From NCBI GenBank assembly GCA_963776345.1, contig CAVZMH010000013.1:128001-192000 (forward strand): a stretch of DNA of 64,000 nt, written 5' to 3'. The DNA comes from an uncultured delta proteobacterium (lineage in GTDB: Bacteria > Myxococcota > Myxococcia > Myxococcales > Myxococcaceae). Of this stretch, positions 43,175 to 53,586 are shown one piece after another (position 1 is the first letter of the stretch; each line of letters opens with the position of its first letter). Position numbers and translations under genes: made by a program. The notes under the pieces were generated by a model, which saw only the letters and a list, made by a program, of their open reading frames with translations, had not been told where the DNA came from and searched no databases.

Positions 43175-43921
43175 CTAGTGACGGAACTCCACCCGGCGGT
43201 TCGCGGCCCAGGCCTCCTCGTTGTGCCCCTCGACCGCCGGCCGGTTCTCGCCGTAGCCGACCGTGTCCAGCTTGGACGGCCCCACGCCGAGGTCCACCAG
43301 GTACTTCCGGACGCTCGCCGCGCGGCGGTTCGAGAGGTGGAGGTTGTACTCCTCGGTGCCGCGCTCGTCGGCGTGGCCCTCCAGGGTGACCTTCTTCGCC
43401 TCGCCCTTCTTGATGCAGTCGGAGAGGTCGTTGAGCTGGGTGCGCGCCGAGTCGGTCAGCACGCTCTGGTCGAAGCCGAACCGGATCGGCGTCCAGTTGC
43501 ACTTGTCGGCCGTGCCCTTGGCGCAGACGCCGGCCTGGCAGGTCTCACCCGTGCCGCAGTCGTCGTTCGTCGCGCAGGTGTTGGGGACGCACTGGTTGTT
43601 CTTGCACCGCGCGCCCGGGCCGCAGTCGGCGTCCGCGGTGCAGGCCTTGGGAGTGCACTTGCCGGCCTGGCAGCTCGAGCCGGCCGGGCAGTTCTGGTCG
43701 GTGGTGCATTCGGGCTTCGGGACGCACTTGTTGCCCTGGCAGACGAAGCCCGTCTTGCAGTTCGCGTCGGTGGCGCACTCCTGGCATTGACCGCCGACGC
43801 AGACCTCGTTGTGCGACTTGCACTGCTCGTCCGAATCGCACTTTGGATAGGTGGGAGGACATCCGGTGAGAACGGCAAGACCCAGGACTCCCAGCGCCAG
43901 CACTCCGACACGACGGGACAT
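43175..43921 (-). CDS. pal: Peptidoglycan-associated lipoprotein (OmpA_C domain) with five Cys-rich repeats
   Basis: Lipobox LTGC; EGHADERGTEEYNLHLSNRRA, YGENRP, NRRVEF. Confidence 0.85.
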   Translation of the reverse strand: MSRRVGVLALGVLGLAVLTGCPPTYPKCDSDEQCKSHNEVCVGGQCQECATDANCKTGFVCQGNKCVPKPECTTDQNCPAGSSCQAGKCTPKACTADADCGPGARCKNNQCVPNTCATNDDCGTGETCQAGVCAKGTADKCNWTPIRFGFDQSVLTDSARTQLNDLSDCIKKGEAKKVTLEGHADERGTEEYNLHLSNRRAASVRKYLVDLGVGPSKLDTVGYGENRPAVEGHNEEAWAANRRVEFRH

Positions 43922-43975
43922 GCGCACTCCTCCGTGGATGGCCACCGGCCCTGGGCAGCCCGTTCCCTGTCGCCC

Positions 43976-44005
43976 GCTGTACCGTCATGCTGTGATGCCA
44001 GTCAA
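43976..44005 (-). promoter_or_regulatory. Candidate sigma70 promoter for pal-cpoB
   Basis: Minus strand TTGACT-N18-TACAGC with an AT-rich upstream tract. Confidence 0.35.
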
Positions 44006-44077
44006 AAGAAATTCGGAGCAGACGTGGCCCCCTGGCCACGTCGTGGCGGCTCGGGTGCCGCGACCCGGAGTGCGGTG

Positions 44078-45550
44078 ATGGCCCACAGCGTCCTCCTCGT
44101 CGACGACGAGAAGAACATCCTCCTGACCCTCAGCCAGGCCCTGCAGCTGGCCGGCTACCACACCGAGCTCGCCGGCACCGGCCGGCTCGGGCTGGAGGTG
44201 GCGCTCGCCCGCCCCGTGGACGCGGTCCTGATGGACGTCCGCCTCCCGGACATGGATGGCCTCACCGTGCTCGAGCAGCTGCTCCAGGCGCGCCCCGGGC
44301 TACCGGTCCTGATGATGTCCGGGCACGGGACCATCGAGACCGCGGTCCGGGCCACCCGGCTCGGCGCCCGCGACTTCCTGGAGAAGCCCATCGGCCGGGA
44401 CCGGCTGCTGGTGGCGCTCCGGAACGCGATCGAGCACCGGGCGGCGGTGGAGGAGCTGGAGACCCTCCGGGCCGAGGCCGGCAGGTACGAGATGGTGGGA
44501 CAGGGGCCGGCGATGCAGCGGCTCTACCACCTGGTCCAGCGGGCGGCCCCGAGCGAGGGCCGGGTGCTGATCACCGGCGAGAACGGCACCGGGAAGGAGC
44601 TGGTGGCCCGGGCGCTCCACCGGAACAGCCGCCGTGCGTCCGGGCCCTTCGTCCGGGTGAACTGCGCCGCGGTCCCTCAGGACCTCATCGAGAGCGAGCT
44701 GTTCGGCCACGAGAAGGGGGCGTTCACCGGGGCGCTGGCTCTCCGCCGGGGGAAGTTCGAGCTCGCCTCCGGAGGGACGCTGTTCCTCGACGAGGTGGGG
44801 GACATGCCCCCCACCATGCAGGCCAAGCTGCTCCGGGTGCTCCAGGAGTCCGAGTTCGAGCGGGTCGGCGGCACCGAGGTTCTCAAGGCAGACGTCCGGG
44901 TCGTCGCCGCGACCAACCGGGACCTCGAGGCCGAGGTGGCCGAGGGCCGCTTCCGGGAGGACCTCTACTACCGGCTGGCGGTGGTGCAGATCCGCACTCC
45001 CCCGCTCCGCGAGCACCGGGAGGACCTGCCCGACCTCATCGCCGCCTTCCTCGAGGAGGCGTGCCGCCGCAACGGGCGAAGGCCACTCCGGCTCACCCCG
45101 CAGGCGGTGGCCACGCTCTCCGCCCACGACTACCCGGGCAACGTCCGCGAGCTGAAGAACCTGGTGGAGCGGCTGGCCATCCTCTGCGAGGGGCCGGAGG
45201 TCTCGGGAGACGAGGCCCGCGAGCTGCTCCCCCGCCCGCGGCCGGTCCGCGCCCCGGGAGCCCCGCTCCCCGCCGGGGCCGAGCAGAAGACGGCTGCGGC
45301 CCTGCGCCCGGTCGGAGAGAAGCCCTTCCGGGACCTCGTGGACGACGCCGAGCGGGAGATCATCCTCCGCACCCTTGCCTTCACCCGGGACAACGCGACG
45401 GAGGCCGCCCGGCTGCTCGACCTCGAGCGCGGCCACTTCTACAAGAAGATGAAGGCCCTCGGCATCCGGCGGCCGCGCGCCCAGGCGGCCGAGGGGAGCG
45501 AGGGAGAGCCCGGCGCAGACGAGGGCACGGGTCCTCCCGAGGCGAGCTGA
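44078..45550 (+). CDS. Sigma54-dependent response regulator (NtrX/NtrC-like)
   Basis: Receiver (VDDE, MDVRLP, SGHG, FLEKP), [25 protein letters not shown]. Confidence 0.93.
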   Translation: MAHSVLLVDDEKNILLTLSQALQLAGYHTELAGTGRLGLEVALARPVDAVLMDVRLPDMDGLTVLEQLLQARPGLPVLMMSGHGTIETAVRATRLGARDFLEKPIGRDRLLVALRNAIEHRAAVEELETLRAEAGRYEMVGQGPAMQRLYHLVQRAAPSEGRVLITGENGTGKELVARALHRNSRRASGPFVRVNCAAVPQDLIESELFGHEKGAFTGALALRRGKFELASGGTLFLDEVGDMPPTMQAKLLRVLQESEFERVGGTEVLKADVRVVAATNRDLEAEVAEGRFREDLYYRLAVVQIRTPPLREHREDLPDLIAAFLEEACRRNGRRPLRLTPQAVATLSAHDYPGNVRELKNLVERLAILCEGPEVSGDEARELLPRPRPVRAPGAPLPAGAEQKTAAALRPVGEKPFRDLVDDAEREIILRTLAFTRDNATEAARLLDLERGHFYKKMKALGIRRPRAQAAEGSEGEPGADEGTGPPEAS

Positions 45551-45552
45551 GT

Positions 45553-45583
45553 CCTCCCCGGGGGCGCGGCGCTCCCGAGGGGG
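45553..45583. terminator. GC-rich hairpin between convergent genes
   Basis: CGGGGGCG/CGCTCCCG stem extended by CCTCC/GGGGG. Confidence 0.4.
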
Positions 45584-45592
45584 GCAGGCGGC

Positions 45593-46382
45593 TCAGCGCG
45601 TGGTGGGCGCGGGCCGCGAACGCGAGATCGGCATCCTCGCGGTGCTCGCCGCGGGCGCGCCGAAGGGCACCATGCCAGGACGGCCGTACCCCGGGCCACC
45701 GACGGCAGGGACGGAGGTTGTAGGCGAGCCGGTAGTACGGGACGAGCGTCGGGTCCGGTGGTCCGCGGAACTCGGCCGAGTTGTCCGCGAGCCGGTCCGA
45801 CCCCAGCGGGGCTCCGACGTTCATCAGGAGCCCGAGCCCCCCGGCCACCTCCACGTCCGACCAGCGGGCCATGGTCGCCGGCAGCGAGACCGAGATGGGC
45901 TCGATGCGGCTGCCGCACCCGCGGCTGCCCGAGTACTCGCTCCCGTTCCAGCGCACGTCCCATCCGCAGGAGCCGACCCGGCCGTTGATCCGGTCCGCCG
46001 AGAGCTCGAAGTCGCTGATGGCCCCGCCGAAGATGCCGGTCACGTGCAGCCCGGCCGGGGTGCGCTCGACCTTCACCTGGAACGGGGCGCCGCGGTAGAC
46101 GCCCACGCCCTCGTCGCCGTGGAACCCGACCACCACCCCCATGCCCATCGCACGGCCGCGGATCTCGCCGTCCGTCCGGGCGAGCGCGAAGTCCGGCTGG
46201 ATGCCGAGGATCTGGTCGTCCGTCACCCGGACGCCCCAGTGGTCGGCCTGGCCGCCGATCTGGAAGGTGTCCTCGGTGCTGGCGCGGGCGATGCCCCAGT
46301 CGGGACCGGGGACGGTCTGGGGGGCGTGGGCACAGCCGACCGCCACCAGCGCGGCAACGACGGGGAGAGCACGAAGCGTCAT
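45593..46382 (-). CDS. Hypothetical lipoprotein with a probable +1 frameshift near 45731
   Basis: Lipobox AVGC; after PYY the GC3-rich frame switches and ends at TGA 45593-45595. Confidence 0.6.
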
Positions 46383-46461
46383 GGGGTGGCTCCCTTCAGG
46401 ACTCCGAGGAAGCCTACTCCCAGGGCGAAGGCCCCTTCGACGGGGCTCCCCCCCAGCCTAT

Positions 46462-47268
46462 TCACTGGAAGGCGTCGGGGGGCGTCTCCGGCTCCCCCGG
46501 GAGGCGGAACCGGGCCCAGACCGGGGCGTGGTCCGAGGGCTGGGGGCCCTTCCGGGCCTCCCGGTCGATGCCCGCCCCGTGGAGCGCCGCCACGAGCCGC
46601 GCCGTCGCGTAGACGTGGTCCAGCCGCAGCCCCCGGTTCTTCTGGAAGCCGAGCATCCGGTAGTCCCACCAGCTGTAGCGGCCGGGTTCGGGGTGGAGGC
46701 GCCGGAAGGTGTCCTCCAGGCCGAACTCCACCGCCCGCCGGAGCGCTGCCCGCTCGGGCAGGGAGAAGAGCGTCTGCCCTTCCCAGAGCTTCGGGTCCCA
46801 GACGTCGCGCTCCTCCGGAGCGACGTTGAAGTCGCCGCAGACGACCAGCAGCTCGTCGGCCTTGTGCCGGACGTCGAGCCAGCGGCGGAACCGGCCGTAC
46901 CACTCGAGCTTCTGGTGGTAGGCGGGCGAATCCACCGCCTGGCCGTTGGGCGCGTAGACCGACGTCACCCGGACGCCGGTCACCGTCGCGCTCACCACCC
47001 GGGCCTGGGCGTCGTCCTCGCCGTCCAGGAACCCGCGCTCGAGGCGCTCGGGCTCTGTCCGGCTGAGGATGGCCACGCCGTTGTAGCTCTTCTGCCCGAA
47101 GAGCACCGGGTGGTAGCCGAGCGAGCGCACCTGCTCGGAGGGGAACTGCTCGTCGGTGCACTTCAATTCTTGAAGACAGACCACGTCCGGGCGCCGGGCC
47201 TGGAGCCAGCCGAGGAGCCGCTCGGTGCGGGCGCGCACCGAGTTGATGTTCCAGGTGGCGACGAGCAC
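46462..47268 (-). CDS. xth: Exodeoxyribonuclease III
   Basis: ATWNINS, CLQELK, YNGVA, YAPNG, GDFN, YSWWDYR, RLDH, SDHAP. Confidence 0.95.
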   Translation of the reverse strand: MLVATWNINSVRARTERLLGWLQARRPDVVCLQELKCTDEQFPSEQVRSLGYHPVLFGQKSYNGVAILSRTEPERLERGFLDGEDDAQARVVSATVTGVRVTSVYAPNGQAVDSPAYHQKLEWYGRFRRWLDVRHKADELLVVCGDFNVAPEERDVWDPKLWEGQTLFSLPERAALRRAVEFGLEDTFRRLHPEPGRYSWWDYRMLGFQKNRGLRLDHVYATARLVAALHGAGIDREARKGPQPSDHAPVWARFRLPGEPETPPDAFQ

Positions 47269-47371
47269 GGGACGAGCGACCCTCGCACACGACCCATGGG
47301 GAGGGGCAAGCGGACACGTGCCGCGGCCGGCTGACCACGCCCGGGCCCGCGCTCCCCGGGGGGCGAGCGGG

Positions 47372-47387
47372 TGGCACGCCGGGCGCA
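47372..47387 (+). promoter_or_regulatory. Candidate sigma54 promoter for the TPR-PBP1A operon
   Basis: TGGCACG-CCGG-GCGCA (GG-N10-GC), about 50 bp upstream of ATG 47438. Confidence 0.5.
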
Positions 47388-47437
47388 CTGCACGTTGGTC
47401 CACGAGGACCGCCCCGGTCCCGAAGAGGAGTCCGTCG

Positions 47438-48358
47438 ATGCCGAACCGCCTGCTTGCCGTTCCGCTCGCCGCCGCGCTGGTGGCGGGCTGTCAGAAGTCC
47501 CCCGCGCCATCGCCGCCCGTGGCGGAGGTGCGCCTGCCCGTTCCGGCCGCGACCCCCGCGCCCGCGCCGGTGGTCACCCAGGCCCCGAAGCCGACGGGCG
47601 CCCCGGTGGATACGCTGGCCCTGCCCCGCTCCGGACCGCCGGGCGTCGACCACCTGGCCCGCGCCGAGACGCTGCGGGGCGACGGCGACACCGCCGGAGC
47701 GCTCGTCGAAGCCCGCCGCGCCCTGGCGGACGACGGCGAGGACACCGATGCGCTCTCGCTCGTCGCCCGGCTGGCCCGCGCCTCCGGGCAGGTGAGCATC
47801 GCCGCGGAGGCGTACGAGCGGCTCGGGCGGCTCGACCCCGAGGACGCCGTCTCCCTGGTGCAGGCGGCGCGGATGCGACTCGCCGCGGGCAACGTGGAGG
47901 CCGCCGAGGCCCTGGCGCGCTCCGCGGTGGGCCGCGACGAGGGCGACGTCGAGGCCTGGCAGGCGCTCGGGCGCGCCCAGCTCAGCTCGGGCAACCTGGC
48001 CGGGGCCATCCACAGCCTCGAGCAGGCGCGCACCCTCGAGCCCTCGCACGGATGGGTGCTGAACAACCTCGGCTTCGCCTACCTCCGGGCCAGCCGCAAC
48101 CCGGAGGCGCTGGAGGTGCTGGAGCGCGCCGCCGAGCTCCTCCCCGAGGCCGCGGTGGTGGAGAACAACCTCGGGGTCGCCCGCGAGCGCACCGGCGACC
48201 TGGACGGCGCGCGGGAGTCGTACGCCCGCTCGGCGCTGCTCGCCCCGAAGTACGTCAAGGCGCGGGTGAACGGCGCGCGCACCGCGATGCTCCGCACCGG
48301 CCCGGACGGCGGCGTGGACGACGCGCACGTGCCGGAGGAGGGCGACGGCGAGGAGTGA
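47438..48358 (+). CDS. TPR-repeat lipoprotein
   Basis: Lipobox VAGC, Pro-rich linker, several TPRs (NNLG motifs). Confidence 0.85.
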   Translation: MPNRLLAVPLAAALVAGCQKSPAPSPPVAEVRLPVPAATPAPAPVVTQAPKPTGAPVDTLALPRSGPPGVDHLARAETLRGDGDTAGALVEARRALADDGEDTDALSLVARLARASGQVSIAAEAYERLGRLDPEDAVSLVQAARMRLAAGNVEAAEALARSAVGRDEGDVEAWQALGRAQLSSGNLAGAIHSLEQARTLEPSHGWVLNNLGFAYLRASRNPEALEVLERAAELLPEAAVVENNLGVARERTGDLDGARESYARSALLAPKYVKARVNGARTAMLRTGPDGGVDDAHVPEEGDGEE

Positions 48359-48460
48359 GGCCGTTCGCCGGTGGTGCGAGGTCCGACGTTTCCCGGGAGA
48401 CCGGGACGTCGGCCTCGGCCATTTCCGGTGTTACGCTCCCCTCCCCCGCAGTCCCTTCAG

Positions 48461-50992
48461 ATGGCTCGCCGCGCTCCTCGACCGTCGTTGCTCCGCCGGC
48501 TTCTCCTCGTCCTGGGCGTCCTCGTCCTCGCCGGGGTCGGGGTGGTGGTCGGCGTGTTCCTCTGGTTCAGCCGCGGCCTGCCCTCGGTGGAGGCGCTGCG
48601 CGACTACCGCCCGCCCCAGGTGACCAAGGTCACCTGCGCCGACGGCAACGTCTGCGCCGAGTACTTCCTCGAGCGGCGCACGCTGGTGGACGCCGCCGCG
48701 CTCCCCGAGCACGTGCGGAACGCCTTCCTCGCCGCCGAGGACGCGGACTTCTACCGGCACGAGGGCCTGGACTACGTGGGGATGCTCCGCGCCGGCATCA
48801 AGGCGCTGCTCCCGGGCGGCCACCTCACCGGCGCCTCCACCATCACCCAGCAGGCCTGCCGGAATCTCCTGCTCTCGCAGGAGCGGAAGCTGAGCCGGAA
48901 GATCCGCGAGTGGATCCTCACCCCGCGCATGGAGCGGGCGCTGACCAAGGACCAGATCCTCAACCTGTACCTGAACCAGATCTACTTCGGGCACAACCGC
49001 TACGGCATCGAGGAGGCGGCGCTCTACTACTTCGGCAAGCACGCCGCGGCGCTGAGCGTCTCCGAGGCGGCGATGCTCGCCGGCGTGGTGCAGCAGCCCG
49101 AGCGCATCAACCCGGTCGCCAGCATGACCCGGGCGAAGGGCCGCCAGGCGTACGTGCTCGGGCAGATGGTGAAGCACGGGATGCTGCCTGCGCGCGAGCA
49201 CGACGCGGCGCTGAAGGCCCCGGTGGTGCTCGGCCCCCGCTCGCCGCCGCCCGTGGGCCCGTACTACGTCGAGGAGATCCGCCGGATGCTGGTGGCCCGG
49301 TACGGCGACCCTGCGGTGCTCACCAGCGGGATGCGGGTGGAGATCGCCATGGACCCGAAGCTCCAGTCGCTCGCGGACGCCGCGCTCCGCGAGGGCCTGG
49401 AGACGCTCGACCGCCGCATGGGCTACCAGGGCCCGCTGGGCGAGCTGGACGGCAAGCGGTTCGCGCAGCTCCGGACGCTGGTGGAGCGCCGGCTCGCCGA
49501 CACCGGCCGCCGGAGCCAGGAGGGCGCGCTGCTCGCCGATCTCTCCCGCTTCGCCCAGCCGCGGCAGGCCTCCGGGGAGGAGGAGGAGGGCGCAGAGGAG
49601 CGGCCCGAGACCAGCGCCGAGGGTGAGGCCGCGCCCAGCTCGGACGAGGTGCTGGTGCGCGCCGTCCCGCTGGTGCCGCTGAAGGAGGGCCTGCGGCTCG
49701 GCGGCTACGTCACCCAGGTGGACGACGCGAGGAAGGTGGCCACGCTCGACTTCGTCGGGCGCCAGGGCGCCCTCTCCTTCGCCAGCGTCGCCTGGGCGCG
49801 CCCACGCGGGGTCGGCAAGTGGACCCCCGCGCCGGCGCGGCTGTCCGACGTGCTCAGGCCCGGGCAGCTGGTCCGGGCGCGCATCCTCTCCGTCCCGGCC
49901 GGCGGCAAGCCGCTGGAGGTCACGCTCGACCAGGTGCCCGAGGTGCAGGGCGCGCTGACCGTCCTCGACCCCGCCACCCGCCGCGTCCTCGCCCTGACCG
50001 GTGGCTACGACTTCGCCCGCTCGTCCTTCAACCGCGCCACCCAGGCCCGGCGGCAGCCGGGGTCGGCCTTCAAGCCGTTCCTCTACGCCGCGGCGCTGCA
50101 GAGCCAGAAGTTCACGCCCGTCTCGGTGCTCAACGACGCGCCGGAGGCGGTGCGTGACCCGTGGACCGGCAAGGTGTGGAAGCCGCACAACTACGAGAAG
50201 GGCGGCTTCGAGGGGCCGATCACTCTCAGACAGGCGTTGACGAAGTCCAAGAACACCGTCTCCGTCCGGCTGATCGAGGCGATCACCCCTCAGGTGGCCA
50301 TCGACTTCGCGCGCCGGGCAGGCATCCGCTCCGACATGCCGGACAACCTCACCCTGGCGCTGGGCACCGGCGAGGTGAGCGAGCTGGAGCTGGCCAACGC
50401 CTACACGACCTTCGACGCGCTGGGGAAGTACGCCGACCCCATCCTCCTGGTCCGGGTGACGGACGCTTACGGCACCGTACTCGAGGAGCACCAGGCCGCG
50501 CCCGAGGAGACCATCCCGCCGGCGGTCGCCTACCTCGCCACCTCGCTGATGCGGAGCGTGGTGGAGGAGGGCACCGCGGGGGCGGTGCGCGAGCTGGGCC
50601 GACCCGCGGCGGGGAAGACCGGCACCGCCAACGAGTACCGGGACGCCTGGTTCAGCGGCTACACCCCGGACCTCGTGGCCACCGCCTGGGTGGGCTTCGA
50701 CGACCACGCGAGCCTCGGCAGCGGCGAGACCGGCGGCCGGGCGGCGCTCCCCATCTGGCTCTCGTTCATGCGCGCGGCACTCGACGGCAAGCCAGCGCGC
50801 GACTTCGACGTGCCGCCCGGCGTCCAGACGGTGAAGGTGGACCCGAGCTCGGGCCTCCTCGCCGGCGCGCACGTGCCCGGCCGGGCCGAGACCTTCCTCG
50901 AGGGCACCGCGCCCACCGCCGAGGCGCCACCGCCCGGTGAGGCGAGCCCGGACCGCTTCCTGATGGAGGAGCCCGGCCGGGGTCGGCTGTGA
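48461..50992 (+). CDS. Class A penicillin-binding protein PBP1A
   Basis: EDADFYRHEG, GASTITQQ, RKIRE; transpeptidase motifs SAFK, SKN, KTGT. Confidence 0.95.
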   Translation: MARRAPRPSLLRRLLLVLGVLVLAGVGVVVGVFLWFSRGLPSVEALRDYRPPQVTKVTCADGNVCAEYFLERRTLVDAAALPEHVRNAFLAAEDADFYRHEGLDYVGMLRAGIKALLPGGHLTGASTITQQACRNLLLSQERKLSRKIREWILTPRMERALTKDQILNLYLNQIYFGHNRYGIEEAALYYFGKHAAALSVSEAAMLAGVVQQPERINPVASMTRAKGRQAYVLGQMVKHGMLPAREHDAALKAPVVLGPRSPPPVGPYYVEEIRRMLVARYGDPAVLTSGMRVEIAMDPKLQSLADAALREGLETLDRRMGYQGPLGELDGKRFAQLRTLVERRLADTGRRSQEGALLADLSRFAQPRQASGEEEEGAEERPETSAEGEAAPSSDEVLVRAVPLVPLKEGLRLGGYVTQVDDARKVATLDFVGRQGALSFASVAWARPRGVGKWTPAPARLSDVLRPGQLVRARILSVPAGGKPLEVTLDQVPEVQGALTVLDPATRRVLALTGGYDFARSSFNRATQARRQPGSAFKPFLYAAALQSQKFTPVSVLNDAPEAVRDPWTGKVWKPHNYEKGGFEGPITLRQALTKSKNTVSVRLIEAITPQVAIDFARRAGIRSDMPDNLTLALGTGEVSELELANAYTTFDALGKYADPILLVRVTDAYGTVLEEHQAAPEETIPPAVAYLATSLMRSVVEEGTAGAVRELGRPAAGKTGTANEYRDAWFSGYTPDLVATAWVGFDDHASLGSGETGGRAALPIWLSFMRAALDGKPARDFDVPPGVQTVKVDPSSGLLAGAHVPGRAETFLEGTAPTAEAPPPGEASPDRFLMEEPGRGRL

Positions 50993-52212
50993 GCGCCCTG
51001 GCGCTGTGGGCCGCGCTGCTGGTCGCCGCGCCCGCGCCGCCCGCGCTGGAGAGCCTCGCGGACCAGCTGCGAGCGGACGTCGTCGCCGCCCGCCCGGAGG
51101 CCCCGGTGGCCGTCGCGGTGCAGGCGCCCTCGGCCGCGCTGGCCGAGGCCGCCGCGGCCCTGCTCGCGGCCAGGCTCGGCGAGTCCGGCCTCCCGGCCCT
51201 GGTGGTGGGAGCGGGCGAGGACGCGGCGGCCCGGTCCCGGGGCGCCGGCGCGCGGAGCCTGGTGAGCCTCCGCCTTCAGATCCACGGGGAGCTCGCCGCG
51301 GCAGGCGAGCTTCGATCGGTGTGGCGAAACTTCTGGGCCGGGCGCACGCCCATCGAGTCGGGTCCTGCCCGCGTGCTCTCCGCCTCGGTCCCGGCGGACC
51401 GGGCGACCGAGCTCCTGGCCACGGGAAGCGGTGCCGGGCCCGCGCTGACGCTCGACCCCGCCCCGCTCGCCCGATTTCCGGTCCGCACCGCCGCGCTCGC
51501 CACCGGTGACCTGGACGGCGATGGCCGGCCCGAGGTGGCCGTGCTCGCCGGCAACGAGGTGGTGGTGCTGAACGCCGCGGGGGAGCCGCTCGCGAGGGCC
51601 GGCCTGGGAGACCTGCCCCCGGCCGCAGCGGTGGCGCGCGAGCCGTTCGGCACATTGTGCATCGCCGAGGGACGGATCACCGCCGCCTGGGCGCGCGCCG
51701 AGGCGGCGGTGATGCTTCAGCTCCAGGGCGGCCAGCTCGTCCGCGCCGCCGGGACGGCCGGACCAACCCTGGGCTGCGGTGAGTCCGCCGAGCCGGCGAG
51801 CTTCCTGCCCGGCGCCGCGCGGATGGTGCTCACCCGCGGGCCGGAGCGGGAGGCCCTGTGGGGCGGGGATGCGCGCGGGGGCCAGCGGCTGCTCCTCCTC
51901 CCGGACGGCACGGCGCGGTGGAGCCTCCCCGGGGGCAAGGTGCAGGTGCTCCGCGACGTCGGGGCCGGAGCGGCGCTGGTGTCCTGGGGCGGCGAGATGC
52001 GAGTCGCGGCGAGCAGCGCGGCGGCGGCGCCCGCGGAGGACCGGCTCCGCCTCGTGGGGGCGGGCGCGGAGGAGCCCTCGGTCACGGTCACCGGTCGCAT
52101 CCTCCAGGTCCGTCCCGTTCCCCCGGGACCGAGCGGCGTCCCGGTGCTGGTGCTCGGGGTATGGATGCCCGACGGCGGCTCGGAGCTCCGCGTCGTCCGG
52201 GGGGCGCCGTGA
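50989..52212 (+). CDS. Secreted protein with an FG-GAP/VCBS-like motif
   Basis: Signal peptide; GDLDGDGRPEVAV; GTGA overlap with the PBP1A gene. Confidence 0.7.
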   Translation: MSALALWAALLVAAPAPPALESLADQLRADVVAARPEAPVAVAVQAPSAALAEAAAALLAARLGESGLPALVVGAGEDAAARSRGAGARSLVSLRLQIHGELAAAGELRSVWRNFWAGRTPIESGPARVLSASVPADRATELLATGSGAGPALTLDPAPLARFPVRTAALATGDLDGDGRPEVAVLAGNEVVVLNAAGEPLARAGLGDLPPAAAVAREPFGTLCIAEGRITAAWARAEAAVMLQLQGGQLVRAAGTAGPTLGCGESAEPASFLPGAARMVLTRGPEREALWGGDARGGQRLLLLPDGTARWSLPGGKVQVLRDVGAGAALVSWGGEMRVAASSAAAAPAEDRLRLVGAGAEEPSVTVTGRILQVRPVPPGPSGVPVLVLGVWMPDGGSELRVVRGAP

Positions 52213-53573
52213 GCCGCCCGCGCACCCTCGCCCCGGCGGCGTTGCTCCTGCTCGTGGCCGCCACCGCACCCGGACCGGCCGATGCCGCGGCCCGCGCCCG
52301 CGACGGAGGAACGCTCCGGGTTGCCCTCCTCCCCGAGGTGCGTGCCGACCGCTCCGGCGAGACGCCCGAGGGCGCCGTGGCGCGGGGACTCCTCGCCGCG
52401 CCGCTCTGCCGGGTCGACGCCGCCGGGCGGCTCGAGCCCTTGCTCGCGAGCTTCCAGCGCCGCACGGACGGGCTGACCGTGGTTCCGAGGCCGAGCGCAC
52501 GCTTCCCCTCGGGGACGGCGCTGGGGACCGCCGAGCTCGCCGGGGCCTGGAGCCGCGCGCTGGAGCGAAGTCCGGTCGCCCGCGCAGCGCTCGGGCCGGT
52601 GCGCGACCTCGCGGCCACGCTCGACGCCCAGGCCCGCACCCGGGCCCCCGCGCTCGACCTCCCCCTCGCCCACCCCTGGCCCGACCTCGAGGTCGCGCTC
52701 TGCCACCCGGCGCTCGCGCCGGTGCCAGGCGACGGCACGGCGGACGGCATCGGCCCCTACCTGCCCGACGGGGCCGACCACGGCCGGGCGTCGCCGGGCT
52801 TCCCGGAGGGCCGCCCGCACCCGGACGCGCTGGTCCTCACCAGCCTCTCGCGCCGCGCAGCGCAGCGGGCGCTGGAGTCGCGCGCCGCGCAGCTGCTCCT
52901 CGGCGACGGGGGCGATCCGTCCGCCCCCGCGCTCTTCGCCACCTATCTGGTGTCCCGCCCCGGGGCGAAGTCGGTGGTGGCGCTGCTCGAGCCGCGCCTC
53001 GACCGGGCGGCGCTGGTGCGGAGCTTCGTCGGTGGGCCCGCGGCGCCCATGCCGGGCCTGCTCCCGCCTGCGCTCGGCGGCCCCGACCGGCCGGCGGCGA
53101 GCGCCACGCCGGGGCGCGGGTCAGGCGCCGCGCTCCTCCTCTACGTGGCGGACCGTCCGGCCCAGCGCGCCGTCGCCGAGCGGCTGCAGATTCTCCTCCG
53201 CGACGCGGGGGTGCGGCTGACGCTCGGACCGCGGACCGCCGAGGCGCTCGACCGTGACTGGCGCGCTGGACAGGGAGAGCTGGCGCTCCGCTCGGTGCTC
53301 CTCCCCCCGCTGCCGGCGCCGGCCCTGGCGGTGGTCCTCGAGCTCGCCGGGGATGCCGCCGCGAGCCGGCGCGAGCTGGCGGCGCTCGGGGCGGTGTCCG
53401 AGGCGCCGGCGCGGTCGGCACGCGCCCGGGAACGTGCGCTCCAGCTCGGCGGCGCCCTGCCCGTCCTGCCGCTGTACGTCGAGGGACTCCGGGCGCGGCT
53501 CGACCCGGCGCTGGTGGACGCACGGCGCGACGGCCTCGGGCTGTGGGTCCTCGACGACGCGTGGTGGCCCTGA
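52209..53573 (+). CDS. Divergent ABC substrate-binding protein (family 5-like)
   Basis: Signal peptide, GGTLRVA, LCRVDAAGRLEPLLA, GIGPY, VAERLQ, VLPLY; GTGA overlap. Confidence 0.7.
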   Translation: MSRPRTLAPAALLLLVAATAPGPADAAARARDGGTLRVALLPEVRADRSGETPEGAVARGLLAAPLCRVDAAGRLEPLLASFQRRTDGLTVVPRPSARFPSGTALGTAELAGAWSRALERSPVARAALGPVRDLAATLDAQARTRAPALDLPLAHPWPDLEVALCHPALAPVPGDGTADGIGPYLPDGADHGRASPGFPEGRPHPDALVLTSLSRRAAQRALESRAAQLLLGDGGDPSAPALFATYLVSRPGAKSVVALLEPRLDRAALVRSFVGGPAAPMPGLLPPALGGPDRPAASATPGRGSGAALLLYVADRPAQRAVAERLQILLRDAGVRLTLGPRTAEALDRDWRAGQGELALRSVLLPPLPAPALAVVLELAGDAAASRRELAALGAVSEAPARSARARERALQLGGALPVLPLYVEGLRARLDPALVDARRDGLGLWVLDDAWWP

Positions 53574-53586
53574 CGGCGGAAGATCC

